Assembly: GCA_012295275.1 (NCBI GenBank)
Contig: CM022679.1
Span: 8,866,001 to 8,930,000 of the forward strand
Source of the DNA: Chrysomallon squamiferum
Lineage: Eukaryota; Animalia; Mollusca
Direction of reading: 5' to 3'
Length of the DNA: 64,000 nt
Below are positions 26,701 to 40,304 of the stretch, piece by piece; within the stretch, counting starts at the first letter, position 1, and the number at the start of each line of letters is the position of its first letter. The position numbers and the translations under genes were made by a program. The notes beneath the pieces were generated by a model. It was given only the letters and a program-made list of their open reading frames with translations, ran no database searches and was not told the DNA's origin.

Positions 26701-27883
26701 TGTGACTTTTTTCCAGCCACCACACAAACACACACACCCACACCCACTAAACACACACACACACACACTTTTTTTTCTGTGACTTTTTTCCAAGACACAC
26801 ACACACACATTGTAAACATAACAATATATTTTATGGCAAGGTAATTTACATCATTTCTCTACTATCCTCAGATTCAAACTAATGTTGACTGTAATCACAA
26901 CAGGTCAATGCAGAATTAATATGTAAGAGCCGAAGGTTAGTTTAACCAACTGGTTGCTCTTAGATGTTTCTTTTAACTGACACAGAACAACATTAACAAA
27001 GTGATCAAATAAATGCTACACAAAACAGCTTCATTGTCATATACAGAACTGCCTTATAATCATGACAGGAATGGAATTTACGATTTGCGTTACAAATCAA
27101 ATTGTGTAAAATATATCTGATATTACATGCATGACTTGTTTTGTTACATGGTCACAAAAAAAAAAAAATAAATGAAAATCCAAGATGGCGTAAATCATAA
27201 TGAGATTATTAATTTATTTTCATAATTAGTACCGCAAAATGGTTAATTAAAATAAAATGATTACTTGAAATATACACAAATATGTACATAGGCTGTTTGA
27301 ATGTATATTAGTATGGAATGTTATTTTTAAAAGATATCAATTTTATGATGAAATGTAATTGTTAAATTAAATAGTAGTCAGAAACAACAAAAAAAAAAGT
27401 GATGGTATGATGATGATGATGATTATGAGAATGATGATGATGATGATGACAAAGACAACAACAACAACAATAATAATACTAATAAATAATTTTAATAATA
27501 ATACATTCATAATAACCTCAGCACTATTATTTAAATAATTATATATTTGATACCTATGAAATTAGTACAAAGCATTTTAACTGATGGTGTATTTGAAGAA
27601 TGTTAGGCGTAAATAGACAGCTATTTTATCTACATCACGTAAAACAGCAGAAAACCTGACACTCAGCTTCAGTATCAGCAGGACATCTTTTTTTTTATTA
27701 TCAAACGTTTGCTGCTCAGATATTAATAGAAAAATATAAGTTATATATGAGTTGGTGACATTTTTGTGTCTGTGTGTGTGTGTGAGAGAGAGAAAGAGAG
27801 AGAGAGAAAGAGAAAGAGTGTATGAGAGAAATTCAGTAAATGTGATATTCTCTAAAGGTGTATTGGTAAAGGTATGTCTGTGT

Positions 27884-27969
<86 letters not shown>

Positions 27970-29967
27970 GTGTGTGTGAATGTATGATTAAATTTACAAT
28001 AACCAAAAAGGAAGGAAATACAAGTGAACTATCAAGATAAAACAAAACAAAAGAAAAAAAAAAAAACCCATCAGCTAACGTGTTTTGGAAATAAACAGAA
28101 AATATGTAAAACTTATGTTATCTGGATGACTGTTTAAAATAACATAAAAAAAATAATATATATATATATATAGTGGGGTGATTTGTTTGCTTGTTGTTTT
28201 TGTTATGGATTTTGTACATGTGTGCATTCAACTATTCTCAAATATACAGTTCAGTATTTCACTCAGAATACTATGGACATATACTGAACTAAACAGAACC
28301 AGAAGCATTATATTAAACTGAACCAAGAAAAATTAAAAAAAAACAAAAACTGTATGGTATACTGAACCAATTACCACAAATATAATGTAATATACTGAAC
28401 CAAGTAGAACAAATACATAGTATTATAATGAAGCCAGTAGGAAAATATATAGCTGTAGATTGAACTAAGCATAATAAATATATTGTTGTACACTGTACAA
28501 AGTATCAAAAACTCATTGTTTTACATTGTTTTACATTGAACTAAGTAGAACAAATAAATATATGGTAGTAGACTGAACCAACTAGAATTAATACATTGTA
28601 GTACACTGAAGGAAGTTTTAAAAATATAATATAGTATTTTGTACCAAGAAAAACAAATACACTGTAGTATACTGAACTAAGTAGAATAAATACACTGTAG
28701 TACTAACTGAAGGAAGTGCTAACAATATATTGTAATATACTGTAATATACTGAACCAAAAAGGATAAATACATTGTTGTATACTGAACCAAACAGAACAA
28801 AGATATTGCTGTAGACTGAACTAGGAAGAAAAAAAAGAGTATGTAGTACACTGAACAAAGTATTATAAATTATTATATATATTGAATCAAGCAGAATAAA
28901 TACACTGTAGTAGACTGAACCAAGTATAATAATAAATACAGTGTAGTACACTGAAGGAAGTATTAAAAACATATGTAATCTAATGAACCATGAAGAAAAA
29001 AACATTGCAGTATATTGAACCTACAAGAATAAACACACTGTAGTACACTGAGGAAGTACGAAAAATTTAATCTAATCTAATGAACCACGAAGAACAAAAA
29101 CATTGTAGTATACTGAACTAGTCAGAATAAATATGCTGCAGTTAAGAAAGTATTAAAATATATTGTAGTATATTAAACCAAGTAGTACAAACTGAAATGT
29201 GACACTGTTCTCCACACATCAGTGATTTGTCACAGCTTTTACTAATAGAATGGTGTGTGTGATTTTCATGTAATATACAATGACAGAAATTACAATGAAT
29301 TAAGGAAGTGATATCCACTTCTTTTGAGATTCAAAAAAAAAAAAAAAAAAAAAAAAGGAGTGGTATTGTTGATCATATCCTTTCTAATTTAAAAAAAAAC
29401 AACATAATACATACAATGTAAATGTATACACTAAATCTACAAACAACAAACAGTTATCTACTTCTGAAAATACGATATGTGTTGACTGATATTAGTATTC
29501 AGTTAGTTATATTTCACAAATAAATAACACAGTAATTGAGTAAACAAAATGAAAATTTAAATAATATTAAAGATGCTGTAAGATAATCCATGACCCGGTA
29601 TGCAATAAATAAAAGATAAGAAAAAAAACACATCAACACATACATCATATAATAATATCAGTATTTCACCGACGACTCGGATAAAACGCTGTATATAAAC
29701 ATATGGTGATATTTATTAAATAATATTCGGTGATTGTGGATCTCTTAACGTAGGAGGAAATTAACTATTGATCAGCCTGAACAGGTGGATAAAATTAGAA
29801 ACGCATAAAAGTCACATAAGAAATTCTGAAGGTAAAATAGAGGGAAAAAAAATAGATATATTTTAAAGTGTTTTCAAATAAATCTTACCTTTAGCTCCAC
29901 AGTCAGCACATGTATCATTTCCAGGCTGGCTAGCGAGCTGTAAAAGTTGTCTTAGGTTTTCCGCCAT
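8087..29967 (-). CDS. ADAP1: ArfGAP with dual PH domains (ADAP1/centaurin-alpha-like), complete gene, 9 coding exons, 1122 nt, 373 aa
   Basis: Exons 29967-29889, 18877-18753, 16893-16802, 16228-16039, 14146-14000, 11605-11522, 11094-10963, 9404-9182, 8136-8087. All introns are GT-AG with compatible phases. ArfGAP zinc finger CADC-x16-CLDC..IHR, then two PH domains (KEGILFKLG..., [10 protein letters not shown]...FKRRWF). ADAP1 versus ADAP2 orthology is not resolved. Confidence 0.95.
8520..9203 (-). repeat. Degenerate ~24-27 bp tandem array derived from the ADAP1 exon 8 end plus donor site
   Basis: Unit CACCCC(A)nGATAG(C/T)AA(A/G)A-GT(G/A/C)AGT matches the exon end CTCACCCCACAAGATAGCAAAA|GTGAGT and decays toward 8520. 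Confidence 0.9.
9182..9404 (-). CDS. ADAP1: ADAP1 exon 8 (PH2 C-terminal half)
   Basis: [11 protein letters not shown]...[41 protein letters not shown]; TTTCAG acceptor, GTGAGT donor. Confidence 0.95.
10963..11094 (-). CDS. ADAP1: ADAP1 exon 7 (PH2 N-terminal half)
   Basis: [44 protein letters not shown]; AG/GT flanks. Confidence 0.96.
11522..11605 (-). CDS. ADAP1: ADAP1 exon 6 (PH1 terminal helix)
   Basis: [28 protein letters not shown]; TTACAG acceptor, GTAAAA donor. Confidence 0.95.
14000..14146 (-). CDS. ADAP1: ADAP1 exon 5 (PH1)
   Basis: [49 protein letters not shown]; CAGCAG acceptor. Confidence 0.95.
14821..16090 (-). repeat. Compound tandem array derived from the 3' end of ADAP1 exon 4 plus donor (21-bp subunits, ~72-156 bp units, ~342-bp higher-order repeat)
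   Basis: AAGTTTGTTTTAGACAGAGCTAGTAATAAACTGCAGTATTTTGTCACTGAT|GT is reiterated. GTAAGT donors lie at about 14945, 15100, 15193, 15286, 15442, 15590, 15683, 15776, 15868, 15961, and the real one at 16033. Confidence 0.95.
16039..16228 (-). CDS. ADAP1: ADAP1 exon 4 (ArfGAP end, PH1 start)
   Basis: [63 protein letters not shown]; TTCCAG acceptor, GTAAGT donor. Confidence 0.95.
16701..16742 (-). mobile_element. Possible tRNA-derived SINE head remnant
   Basis: Minus strand reads TGTAGCTCACTGGTAGAGTGCTAGCTTCAG, resembling a Pol III A-box. No B-box or cloverleaf seen. Confidence 0.4.
16802..16893 (-). CDS. ADAP1: ADAP1 exon 3
   Basis: [30 protein letters not shown]; TTGCAG acceptor, GTAAGC donor. 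Confidence 0.95.
16925..17140. repeat. Minisatellite, ~32-36 bp unit, about 7 copies
   Basis: ATCATTAAGTCCAAATTACCTTAACATGTAT variants in tandem. Confidence 0.85.
17620..18623 (-). mobile_element. Internally deleted, degenerate Mutator-like (MULE, FLYWCH-type) DNA transposon in ADAP1 intron 2
   Basis: Imperfect terminal inverted repeats: CCCCTTGATATTTCCCCCCAGTCATTTCCCCTGGTGATTTCCCCCTAGG on the left versus the reverse complement of about 18513-18616. Broken minus-strand frames give a FLYWCH-like segment (VIHNGYCY...[10 protein letters not shown]...C) and MULE C-terminal motifs ([37 protein letters not shown]). Confidence 0.85.
18753..18877 (-). CDS. ADAP1: ADAP1 exon 2 (ArfGAP zinc finger second half, catalytic Arg)
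   Basis: [42 protein letters not shown]; TTTCAG acceptor, GTGAGT donor. Confidence 0.97.
18960..19300. repeat. Highly degenerate AT-rich minisatellite
   Basis: Recurrent (G/A)TAATACATTTTCTATTACA-like motif at roughly 25-60 bp spacing. Confidence 0.55.
19850..19904. mobile_element. Solo pogo/Tigger-like terminal repeat remnant
   Basis: AGGGACAC...GGTGTCCCTACAAGACAGGTACCTCAGTA has an internal palindrome and a TA-ended terminus like pogo-family MITE ends. Partner end not found. Confidence 0.4.
22830..22898. repeat. (AG)n microsatellite; similar tracts at 27888-27964, 34581-34690 and 36646-36722
   Basis: Perfect dinucleotide runs. Confidence 0.95.
26109..26795. mobile_element. Non-autonomous TIR element (MITE, probably Mutator-like) with tandem-repeat inverted ends
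   Basis: Left end has 3-4 copies of GGAAAAAA(A)GTCACA. Right end has inverted TGTGACTTTTTTC(C) copies at about 26688-26712 and 26777-26791. Interior is non-coding. Confidence 0.7.
28250..29190. repeat. Degenerate ~33-bp minisatellite, roughly 25 copies, in ADAP1 intron 1
   Basis: ATACTGAACCAAGTAGAATAAATACACTGTAGT variants in tandem. Confidence 0.9.
29889..29967 (-). CDS. ADAP1: ADAP1 exon 1 (start codon)
   Basis: AAGATGGCG start context; [26 protein letters not shown]; G|GTAAGA donor; phase 1 joins exon 2 to give Asp. Confidence 0.96.
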
Positions 29968-30240
29968 CTTGTAGGGAATGAATCACACCTCCTATACGCC
30001 AACGTTATTCTGTCTATTAATAGTATCTTGGAAAACCACCAGTAAATCTTGTTGTAACGTATATTTATTTATTTATTTATTTTTTTTTTTTTTTTAAGCC
30101 GGATGTATGACGTCGCTATTTTGTTGTACTAAGTAACAAAGCAAGACACTAACAGCCGGGGTCGTTTTACCATTGTCTTCCGTATTCTATGACGGCATAT
30201 GTGATATAATCAGCTTTTACCCATGACTAATGCGTACATT
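29968..30240 (-). promoter_or_regulatory. Putative ADAP1 5'UTR / promoter
   Basis: CpG-containing region immediately upstream of the ATG, with an ETS-like GCCGGATGT and a CRE-like TGACGTC near 30098-30114. Confidence 0.45.
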
Positions 30241-30368
30241 TATATGTATATACGTGTGTGTGTGTGTGTGAAGGGAAGTGGGAGAAAGTCCATTTTTTTT
30301 TTTTTTTTTTTTGAAATTCATTATAATAAATAAGATATATTGTTTCTTTAAGCATAAAATTATCTGTA

Positions 30369-30413
<45 letters not shown>

Positions 30414-30830
30414 TTAATATTAATTTATTATTTTTTTTTTTTTTTTTTTTTTGTCACTTCATAACCTTCACTTATAATACTCAAAACATTTAAATAAAAC
30501 ATTCCTTGTTCCAATAAAAAATTTAAATTCTACGAAATAAATTGAATTAGACTGTTCGTCTGGACATTACTGAACCAAAAACTTCCGTCTATCCAAAGCT
30601 AGAGACTATTTTTTCGTAGCATTTTAATCGTTCTTTGCTGATTGTATTTTAGATTCGGCACGGTTAGCAAATTAAAATAAAAATAATAAAATTTATTTTC
30701 CAGATATTTGTTTAATAGAAAGAAAAAATATATCAGCTATTAATAGAGCATGATAATAAAATAATATGTTCATCGGAATGCACAGAAAGATATATAAAAA
30801 AATGTTCTGGTTATTATATATTTATTTGTA

Positions 30831-30873
<43 letters not shown>

Positions 30874-31449
30874 GTTGTTGTTGTTGTTGTTGTTGTTGTT
30901 ATTATTATATTATTATTTTACAATATAAGAACAGTAGTGGTAATTTATAATTATTTTAATAATATATTTTTAAATTCGTAAGAAATTACTTTGATTTAGT
31001 TTAATTGTTTGTTTTTTTCTTTTCTTTTTTCTGTAATACTTTTTTGCTTTATACACTAATAATAATAATAATAATAATGATAATAATAATAATTTTAAAA
31101 GTACAGTCATTTTTTTATTACGTTATGCCTACAAATTTTGCTTGTGCTGTGAAATAGAACTCAGTCTGTTTAGTGTTTTGCACTCTTCCTGTAACGCTTC
31201 TTAATGCCTTAAAATAATATTGTAGTTGTTTACCTTTGACTGCATGTAAAATGCTTTTTTCTTTGCAAGGGCAACAGATAATTTTAAATGCATTATTTAT
31301 TTGTATCTTCTCTGTTACAGCCCAAGACAATTTAAAACATCATGAAGGATATCCATCATTGTCTAAAATTTCTATAACTAATTTATAAATTTTTAAAATT
31401 TTTTTATTTTTTTTTAATAATATTTCAAAATAGACAAATTTAGTGAATA

Positions 31450-31865
31450 ATATTTGCTTAACATACTCGATAAATTATTTGAAATACGTATACGCTGTGT
31501 TTTCGAGAAATTGTTAAATATGAATACGCAGATAAGAATATTTGCCTTGCGTATTCAACAAATGAAGTCAAACGTATGCGTTGTGCAGAATATTTGGCTT
31601 GCGTACTGAACAAATTATACGTTGAAAAGTAATTTGTTTTCGTATGCGACACATTAAATCAAACATGTATATGCTTTATGAAGAATATTTGCCTTGCTTA
31701 TTCAAAAAATTAAGTAAACTATGTATACTCTGTGAAGAATATTTGCATTGGCGTATTCGATAAACTGATAAATATATATACGCAATGAAAAATATATTGC
31801 CTTGTGTATTTGACAAATTAAGTAAAGAATGTATAGGTTGTGAAGAATATTTGCCTTGCGTATTT
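31450..31865. repeat. Degenerate ~53-bp minisatellite, about 7-8 copies
   Basis: GAAGAATATTTGCCTTGCGTATTC recurs at about 31533, 31587, 31680, 31734 and 31841. Confidence 0.85.
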
Positions 31866-32123
31866 CTATATATATATAAATAATAAAAATAATATAATAG
31901 TAATAAATTAATTAATAAAACAAATAAATAAAAAAGAAAGCCTAGTTATCGTAATCATGATTATTTTTCAAGATTACTATACACACCACCCAAAAAAAAA
32001 ATTCTACGAATACAACTTATAAAAAGATAATAATAGTAAAAATAAACACAAAAAATAAAAATAAAAATAAAAAATTCTAAAGAATATCTGTGAGATGATC
32101 ACGATGGGTTAGTTTTCCTTGTT

Positions 32124-32155
<32 letters not shown>

Positions 32156-32869
32156 TCATTACAGTCGCTATAATGTATCTTGGGACGGAACACCTACCAA
32201 GTTCAGTCCCTTGCTCCACACAGAACTGTGCGTCACTGTGCGATATTACACAGAACTTGTTATCTTTGGATCTTGTATAACACGCCTCACATTATCAATA
32301 CGGTAGGTGAATGGTGTTTGTTCCCCCCTTTCATTATTACACTGGGAGTTATTGGCTAACTTGGAATCACTCCAAATCATAATCTGGAAACCTAGCTTTC
32401 CCATTATAGGACGTAACGGCAGGTGAAAACTTATCTCATGATAAATTACATTTTATTCGCGGCTCTTGTGGTATTTTTTTGCATAGGCAAACAAAAATTC
32501 GATATTTTATCAAATTAATGTTTATGTACTTATATTTATTTATTTTTTTATTTATTTTTTTAATTAAAAATGAAAAATAAATGAAAGAAAAATAAAGAAA
32601 GAAATTGCTATTTATTATTGTTGTTGTTGTTGATGATGATGTCGTTAAAATTATTATTGTTGTTATTCAGTAATTTAATAATTATTATTATTATTATTAT
32701 TTATTTTCGTTCTCTGTCTCTCTGTTTATCTGTATGTCTGTCAAACAAGAACAATTTTTATATATTTTTTTAAATTTGTTTGTATTTCAATATTTGGTTT
32801 GGTTTTACACATATACACACAAACAGAAAAATGTATGTATGTTCATGTGTGCGTCTGTATATGTGTGTG

Positions 32870-32900
<31 letters not shown>

Positions 32901-34577
32901 GCACACATGCAAATATGTATGATTAAGGAATATTCTGTAAAAAAATATATGGGTACATGAGGATGTGGTTTTGGTCACATACGCAAAAGTTTCTTTTTTT
33001 TTCTTTTCATTTTTTTTATTTTATTTATTTATTTATTTTTTTTTTTTTTTTTTCAAAACACGTTTGTATGGTACACTGTTAATAATGATCCAAGTGATAA
33101 AGTTAAAATAAACCAAGATATTATCTTAGCAACTGTACCAGTCCGTCTCAATTAGCGTGAGCTCGACAGATCCCCGCCTAATCTACCTGACTACCTGAAT
33201 GACTGAATAAAACACAGGCGACAACGTGACGCTGCATGAACAACCTCTGCCAGTCGGTCTCGTTTTATACATCAACGGCGCGGTACTGTGCTTCTCAGAT
33301 ACTCCGTGTACGACAACGTCGTTACTTTTTCCAACACCAAAGTTTAATATTAAATGCTCGGCACAGCTACTAAAGAAATGGATTTTAAGCTTTCTGTCTG
33401 TTCGTGATGTGTGCAGTCTGACTGAAAATTGTAAAATTAATGTTAAAATTTAACACTCATTTCTCAACCATTTAAATAATAAAAAAATAAAAAAAAAGTA
33501 ATTTATTTTTTTATTTGTAATTTTAATTTAATTAATTTGTGTTTAATGCAAAAAAAGTGACACTATTTTTATATATTAAATGCGATGTAGTCTATCTATA
33601 AAACGATTCACAATAGATTCTGTTTTACAAGGGCGTATCCAGGATGTTTTCAGTAACGGGAGGAGCATATTATAATTACGTTAACCTGGTCTGCTTGAAC
33701 AGTTACAATTTATTAATGTCCATGGGAAACCTACCTAGGTAGTATGTTCAATTCACAATGCAATCAAATGCTGAACGCATTAATGAGGACCAGTATACAG
33801 ACAGACATACAGGCAGAAACAAATTAACGTGCTAATCAGAGTGAGCTGTTGTTGAAGCACGTCTACGACAGGCACGTTGTCTACTTCACATTAAATACAC
33901 CAGGACGACCATCTTTGTAACATTCAGTGTTTCTCGTTATTTTTCCTTTTCTTTTATGATTTATTTGTAATTATATCTTTAATAGTTGTACCATACAAAT
34001 CTTGCTGAACTGACAGAGTTTAGATATTCTTGTCATGTATGAGATAACAGCTGCGCAACATATAACACCAACTTTGTGAAGGATAAATTTCAAAATAAAT
34101 AAGCTTTATTATGAAGTTAACCGTCAGTAAAAAAAAAAATTGCCGCTGATTTTATGCAGTGTATTATGAACTGGTCAATGTGGGTATATTTGATTATACT
34201 GTTCTTTCACAGCTTATAAAGCGCAGTATTGATAAACTTCGAGTGTCAAAGTCGATCAATATGTCAAATAAAGAATGTGCAATCTATCTGATGACTCTTA
34301 AACGCCTCGATGACAAAAGATATGTTTACTTAGCCAGGAAATCGTATGCAGTGAGAATTTGAAAAATTCATATATCTCGACGAAAACTGGAATAATGAGA
34401 CTTTAAAGGAATGAATTATTCGAAGAGTCTTAATTTTTTTTTTTTTTTTTTTTTTGGTTTGGTTCGGTCAGTTTTAAAAATTGTATATTTAGTTACATGC
34501 ACATAAAAAAAAATAATAAAATAAATAAAAATAGCAAATAAATTATTTAGTTATGTTTGTAAAGATGTGTCAGTGAA

Positions 34578-34694
<117 letters not shown>

Positions 34695-35419
34695 TTCCTG
34701 AAGAATATCTGACGACAACGTTTATCCTGTGACAAAACGAATCACCAGATAAGGATTTGTTAGCGCAATACGTTACTTACAAAATTACGAATGTGTTCGT
34801 GTTATCGCTCATTTAGTTTGTTGACTCTCAACTTATCTGCTCTCAAACAGATAACATTTTGTTTACATTACTTAGGAACAAGACTTCTAATACTTTAGAT
34901 ATTAAAAGTTCTATCTATACGTATGTTGGGTTTAAAGCTAAAAGTGTTATAATTATTTCATTTAGCAAGATGAATTGCTTCTATTTTCAAGTAATATCCG
35001 CGACATAACTGATTTTATGTTAGTTTAGTTTTCTAGATTAAACTTTTCTTACGTTGATTATCATTAAGAAGACAAATATTATACAAACACTTTCAAATAT
35101 TATATTTCTTACATATGAAAATTTGCTTTAAATATATATATTTATATATTGATCATCGTCATTATATTTATATGTATTATTATTATATATTATATTATGA
35201 ACTGTATAGAGACGTATTTTACTTAAGACTCAAAAATCAGGCTATATAATGTTGTTAAATAGTAATTAAGAAAAAGTCATTCCATTCTCTTCTTAAAGTT
35301 CTGAGTTTCGTGTTCAGCTCACCTACCAAACATAATAGTCTTACAAACTGCTTTCTTCTTCTTCTTCTTCTTTTCCATTTTAACGAATCTTTCCTATTAG
35401 CAACTATATATTGCTGACC

Positions 35420-35760
35420 TTGGCCTTCCCTGGTTTGAGATCATGACTGAGGTACGATGAGTTGCATGATCGATCCTCCTTCGTGTCCCCAATGAAAGTT
35501 TGTTTCCGTTCCCGCAAGTGCTTCATGACTGATTTGTAAAAAGGCCATTGTATAAGCTTTCATATTTAAGAGAAGGTGCAAGAAAAGCTCCCTTGCTGCT
35601 AATCGAGACAGGGTATTCTTCTATCGTTCTCTTTGTTTTCTCGTTCCAGCCAGTACTCCGCAACTTGTGTAACTTGTTGCATATAGTATGCTACTTATGG
35701 GTTGGTACATATATAGAATCCCTTGCTGCTATTCAATAAGAGCAGCTCAAGATGTTTTTG
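35420..35760 (+). mobile_element. Degenerate SINE fragments (two partial copies), resembling molluscan Nin-domain SINEs
   Basis: TCCCTTGCTGCTA occurs twice (about 35590 and 35719), preceded by TTTCCGTTCCCGCAAGTGC and TTTCTCGTTCCAGCCAGTAC. Family assignment is from memory, not searched. Confidence 0.6.
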
Positions 35761-36309
35761 ATGGTCGTTAATAAGGGAACAACGGGTGTGCTGTGGTTTG
35801 GTTTCGTTGTTGCTGTATTTTATATCATACTGAAAAATGCATTTTTATGTTTGTTTGTTTTTTTCATCTCAAACCAAACCACCTCTTGGCTAGGCACTGG
35901 ATCTAAAATTGTTATTATCTCTCTCATTCATAGTTATTACTTTGTACAGTAGCGCGCTTACAAAATCATTCTAAAGAATAAAATGTTTTATTTGGAATCG
36001 CGTCAATTTTTTATTATTGAATACAACACCTCCCAATATATAGGTCAAGTATATAATAACTTGTGTGCGTGTTATGTTAAATGGCATAATAGAACATAAG
36101 CGGAAAAAAAAAAAAAAATCAAAAAAAGTTTTTATGTATTTTATTTCAGGTGAGAAAAATGCCTTTTCGATGGTGCAAAATAAAGGAGCTTACGTGTATA
36201 TAAAAAGTATATATATATATTTTTTTGTTTGTTTGATTGAACATTCAATATGATGTTTGGGTTTTATTTGATATCTGTGTTTGTACCGTAACGCACATTC
36301 GGTTCTCGT

Positions 36310-36519
36310 ATTCTAGATTTCACTTGCTTCACGAGATCGTTCGCTCGCGTTCCTGTCAAAATTCAAATATCGATTCCAGTCTGACGGCAAATATTGACTG
36401 ATTGCGACCGATCGATATTCACTGATTTGTTCTTTACATTTCGCCGTCGGCAAGAATGGAATGTTTGTGACTGAGATTCCAAACTGACAACTTACAGAGA
36501 GCGCTACACGCAACGACAG
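36310..36519 (+). promoter_or_regulatory. CpG-rich candidate promoter / non-coding first exon ending in a strong donor
   Basis: CpG cluster (CACGAGATCGTTCGCTCGCG) and CAG|GTAAGG at 36519/36520; no credible ORF. Confidence 0.35.
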
Positions 36520-36641
36520 GTAAGGTGAATATTTGACTACAGTTATTTCAGAACAGTCATTATGAAACGTTGTTAATTTCTCCATATTAAATTATTTTAT
36601 TTCTTTCTTCTTATTATATATATATATTTTTTACTGAATTT

Positions 36642-36727
<86 letters not shown>

Positions 36728-37922
36728 ACAGACATGGTATTTATGTTCAGAAGCTAGTCTTGTTTTTCACATTGAAAATATTATCAACTAATTAAGTAAT
36801 ATGAGAGGTTTTTTGGTTACTGATTTGTATTGGGTTATGAAAGTTTCACGAACAACATCTCTGAAAAAGACCGGCTTAAATATTACAAAGTTGTTAGGAA
36901 ATCCCAGTTTTAATAATCAAAAATAATAAAACCGTCATTACTCAATAGCCACTCCCAAAAACAACAACAACAACAATATAACAATTTATCGCTAAGAAAG
37001 AACAGAAGCGATTAATAATAATAATAATAATTATAATAATAATAATAATAATATTATATTAATAGAGATAATAATAAATTATGTTATTAATGTTAATAAC
37101 ACGAAATAAATAATGTTATCGTAGGCCGTTAGTGTGTATTTCTGTACAAAAGAGGTTAATATCAGTGACTCCCTCTTCCGCCTAACGATAATCGATTACA
37201 TTTTATATTGAATAAATCAAGACTTCTAAATCGATTTATAATGTTACTGTCACTTTCTTCTACGTAGAACAGGCGGCAATATTATACCACCAAACCAAGA
37301 TGGTGTAAATGAAATCAGAGCTCTGCTGTTCTGTTTAGATTTCATTTAATGCAATGTTTTTAAGGTTTTCAAAAATATGAAATTAAATATACGATTCTTA
37401 TTCAATAATCGCAACATACATAGATTTTATTATTGTTTAAAAAATAAATTAATTAATTAATTAATAAAAAAAACAAAAAAAAACAAATACAAACGAATGA
37501 ACAAAGACAATTTTTGATTACATTAATATATTATTATGATAATTATCATCGTCATCATTATCAGCAAAATCATCATCATCATTGTTGTTGTTGCTGCTGT
37601 TGATATTATTATAGTCGCCTCGTTGCTGTTGTTGTTACTGTTCACCATCTGTTAAAGTTAAACTATGTAAACTTTTCTGAACAAAGTTATGTTTGGCGGG
37701 CTGGAAGGATTCCGTAAATTAGGCTGGACTGTATTCACGATTCGAAATTTTATTTCTCTAAAGAATATACATACTCAGTATTACTATATTATTGTTGTTA
37801 TAATTTATTTATTTATTAATTTATTGTTTGTTTATTTGTTTGTTTATTTGTCTATTTATATGCTTGTTTATTTGTTTTTATTTTTATATGTCGTGTTTTT
37901 ACAAAATACACACACACACTTG

Positions 37923-37954
<32 letters not shown>

Positions 37955-38409
37955 TTACTACATTATATTAATATACAGTGGGTGGGCCAGACAGAAATGA
38001 TATCGCAGACTACAGTTATTGAAATTTCTTTTCTATAACCAAAAAATTAAAAATATAACAAAAAACAAACATTCATTTGTATAATAAACAATAAACACTT
38101 AACTGTGCTATCTAATATTCAATGAACACTAAAATTAATTTATAATTATTATAATTCCAATAGTTTAAACCTAATAATTATACAGGGTTAATTAGGTAAT
38201 TTGAGCCTGTTAATAATTCTTGTTAACTTGATTCAAAAATGCTAAATTTTATTAGCAGTGTTAAAAAAGATACTATGTCAAAGAAACCTGAACAATTTAA
38301 TTAGGAATATGTACCCGAAAAAAAAAAGGGTATAAAAATGGTCGTTTATTTTTCCGTTATCAGGAGAATCTAAGTTACGATGACTTACCGCCAAGAACCG
38401 AAAATTAAT

Positions 38410-38448
<39 letters not shown>

Positions 38449-38512
38449 TATGTAGATGGCATTTGATTACCAGCGTAACAAAATGAAGTTCTTTTATGAT
38501 TATTATTATTCT

Positions 38513-38557
<45 letters not shown>

Positions 38558-38969
38558 GAGTAGGAGTAGTAGTAGTATTAGTAGTAGTTGTATTTTAATG
38601 TTTCATAATTGGTTTGTGACCAAACGATGTTTAAAACATGAAAGTATACCTAACAACGTTTAAGGTTATCAGCAAGAAACAATTTGTATGCACGTTTTCT
38701 TTGACAAGAACCAACACACCACACCCTTTGATAACCAGTTAAAACAATTTATTGCACGTAATGTAAGTGATGTTTTAATTGTGAATATTGCTGCGTTGAA
38801 TGAAATAAATTATTAAGCTGTTGCGTGCAAGAACATATTATTGAAAGTAATGATATTATTTAAAACTTAAACTAAATGCTAAGTCATGAAAATTAATTAT
38901 TTAGCGCACACACATACATTTAGTTTCATTTATTTTTTTATCAATTAATTATTTAATTCATTTATTTTA

Positions 38970-39014
<45 letters not shown>

Positions 39015-39023
39015 CTTTTTTCT

Positions 39024-39070
<47 letters not shown>

Positions 39071-39929
39071 AATACGTAGGTTCAGTAAAAACATTTAAGT
39101 TAACAAAAAGAATTGCGTGGATTGACAAGACATCTGGTTGTTCTAGTAACTTAAAACTAACGAACCAGCAAGGTACCATCTAAACATTTTCAATGACCTA
39201 TCCAAATACCCGTTAAATCATTACACTTTTCCACAAGTATTTTTCATTATTAAACAGCCTAATTTTTTCTTCATTTCCTTTGAGTTAATCCTTTTATATT
39301 CTTTCTTTCTTATTATAATTATTATATATCTTTTTTTCAAAGCTCGTGTTATCGAAGTTTCAACAGTCGGTCGGCCATTTTTTTTTTTTTTTTTTTTTTT
39401 CGGTTTTCAAAAGCTGGCCGCTGCCCGTTTGTGTGATATGAAATTTATTGCGATTAACCAGTCTCGTTTATAGAAAGCTTTTATGAAATATTGTTTGCTT
39501 TTTGTGCTGACGTTTTGCAAGGAACAGAGCCAAACTAATTTATCATTCGTATTCTAAAAGTTTTTTCATTCTTTTATTATTGTTGTTACGATTCAGGGAA
39601 GTTCCTGAAAGTACAGATAAGTTGGTTGACTGGCAGGGAACTTTCACGATAGGGGTGAATTAATTCTGGGTTTAAATTATATTTAATTAACAACAAATAC
39701 ACAAATAAATCAATAAACAAACAAACAAACAAATAAATAAATAAATAAACACACGCACACATACAAACATATATAAAGAATATACCTTTCATAAAATATT
39801 CTTTTGCATACAGTAGTTTAATAATTTATTTCGTGAACAAAACAATATTAAAAAGTAAAATATAATTTTCATTATGTGAAATAAATACTGACAGTCACAA
39901 CTCACCCCTGTGTACCAATTTATATACAG

Positions 39930-39989
<60 letters not shown>

Positions 39990-40271
39990 ACAAACACACA
40001 TACATAACTCCTTTCCTTGTTATTATAATTATGTGGCACACCTTTATCTTTCTACCTGGACACGTTCCAGTTTTACCTAACCACAAGACAGAACTCACAG
40101 CGCCAGTGAAATGTACAGTCAGGAGAAATCATTTGAAAATTCTTCGCTAGTACATAAAGGTATTGTACAGACATATTATTGTCTATATTTAATTAATGTT
40201 TTATTTTTTTTTTATTTTTTTTTTTTTTTGGTATGTTTATTTGTATTCATTTTTGTGAGTGTATGTATGTG

Positions 40272-40304
<33 letters not shown>

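Noticed and set aside
28250-31865. The 33-bp and 53-bp minisatellites as further junction-derived arrays
   Set aside because: No similarity to ADAP1 exon 1 edges and located 0.7-1.5 kb from it; treated as ordinary minisatellites.
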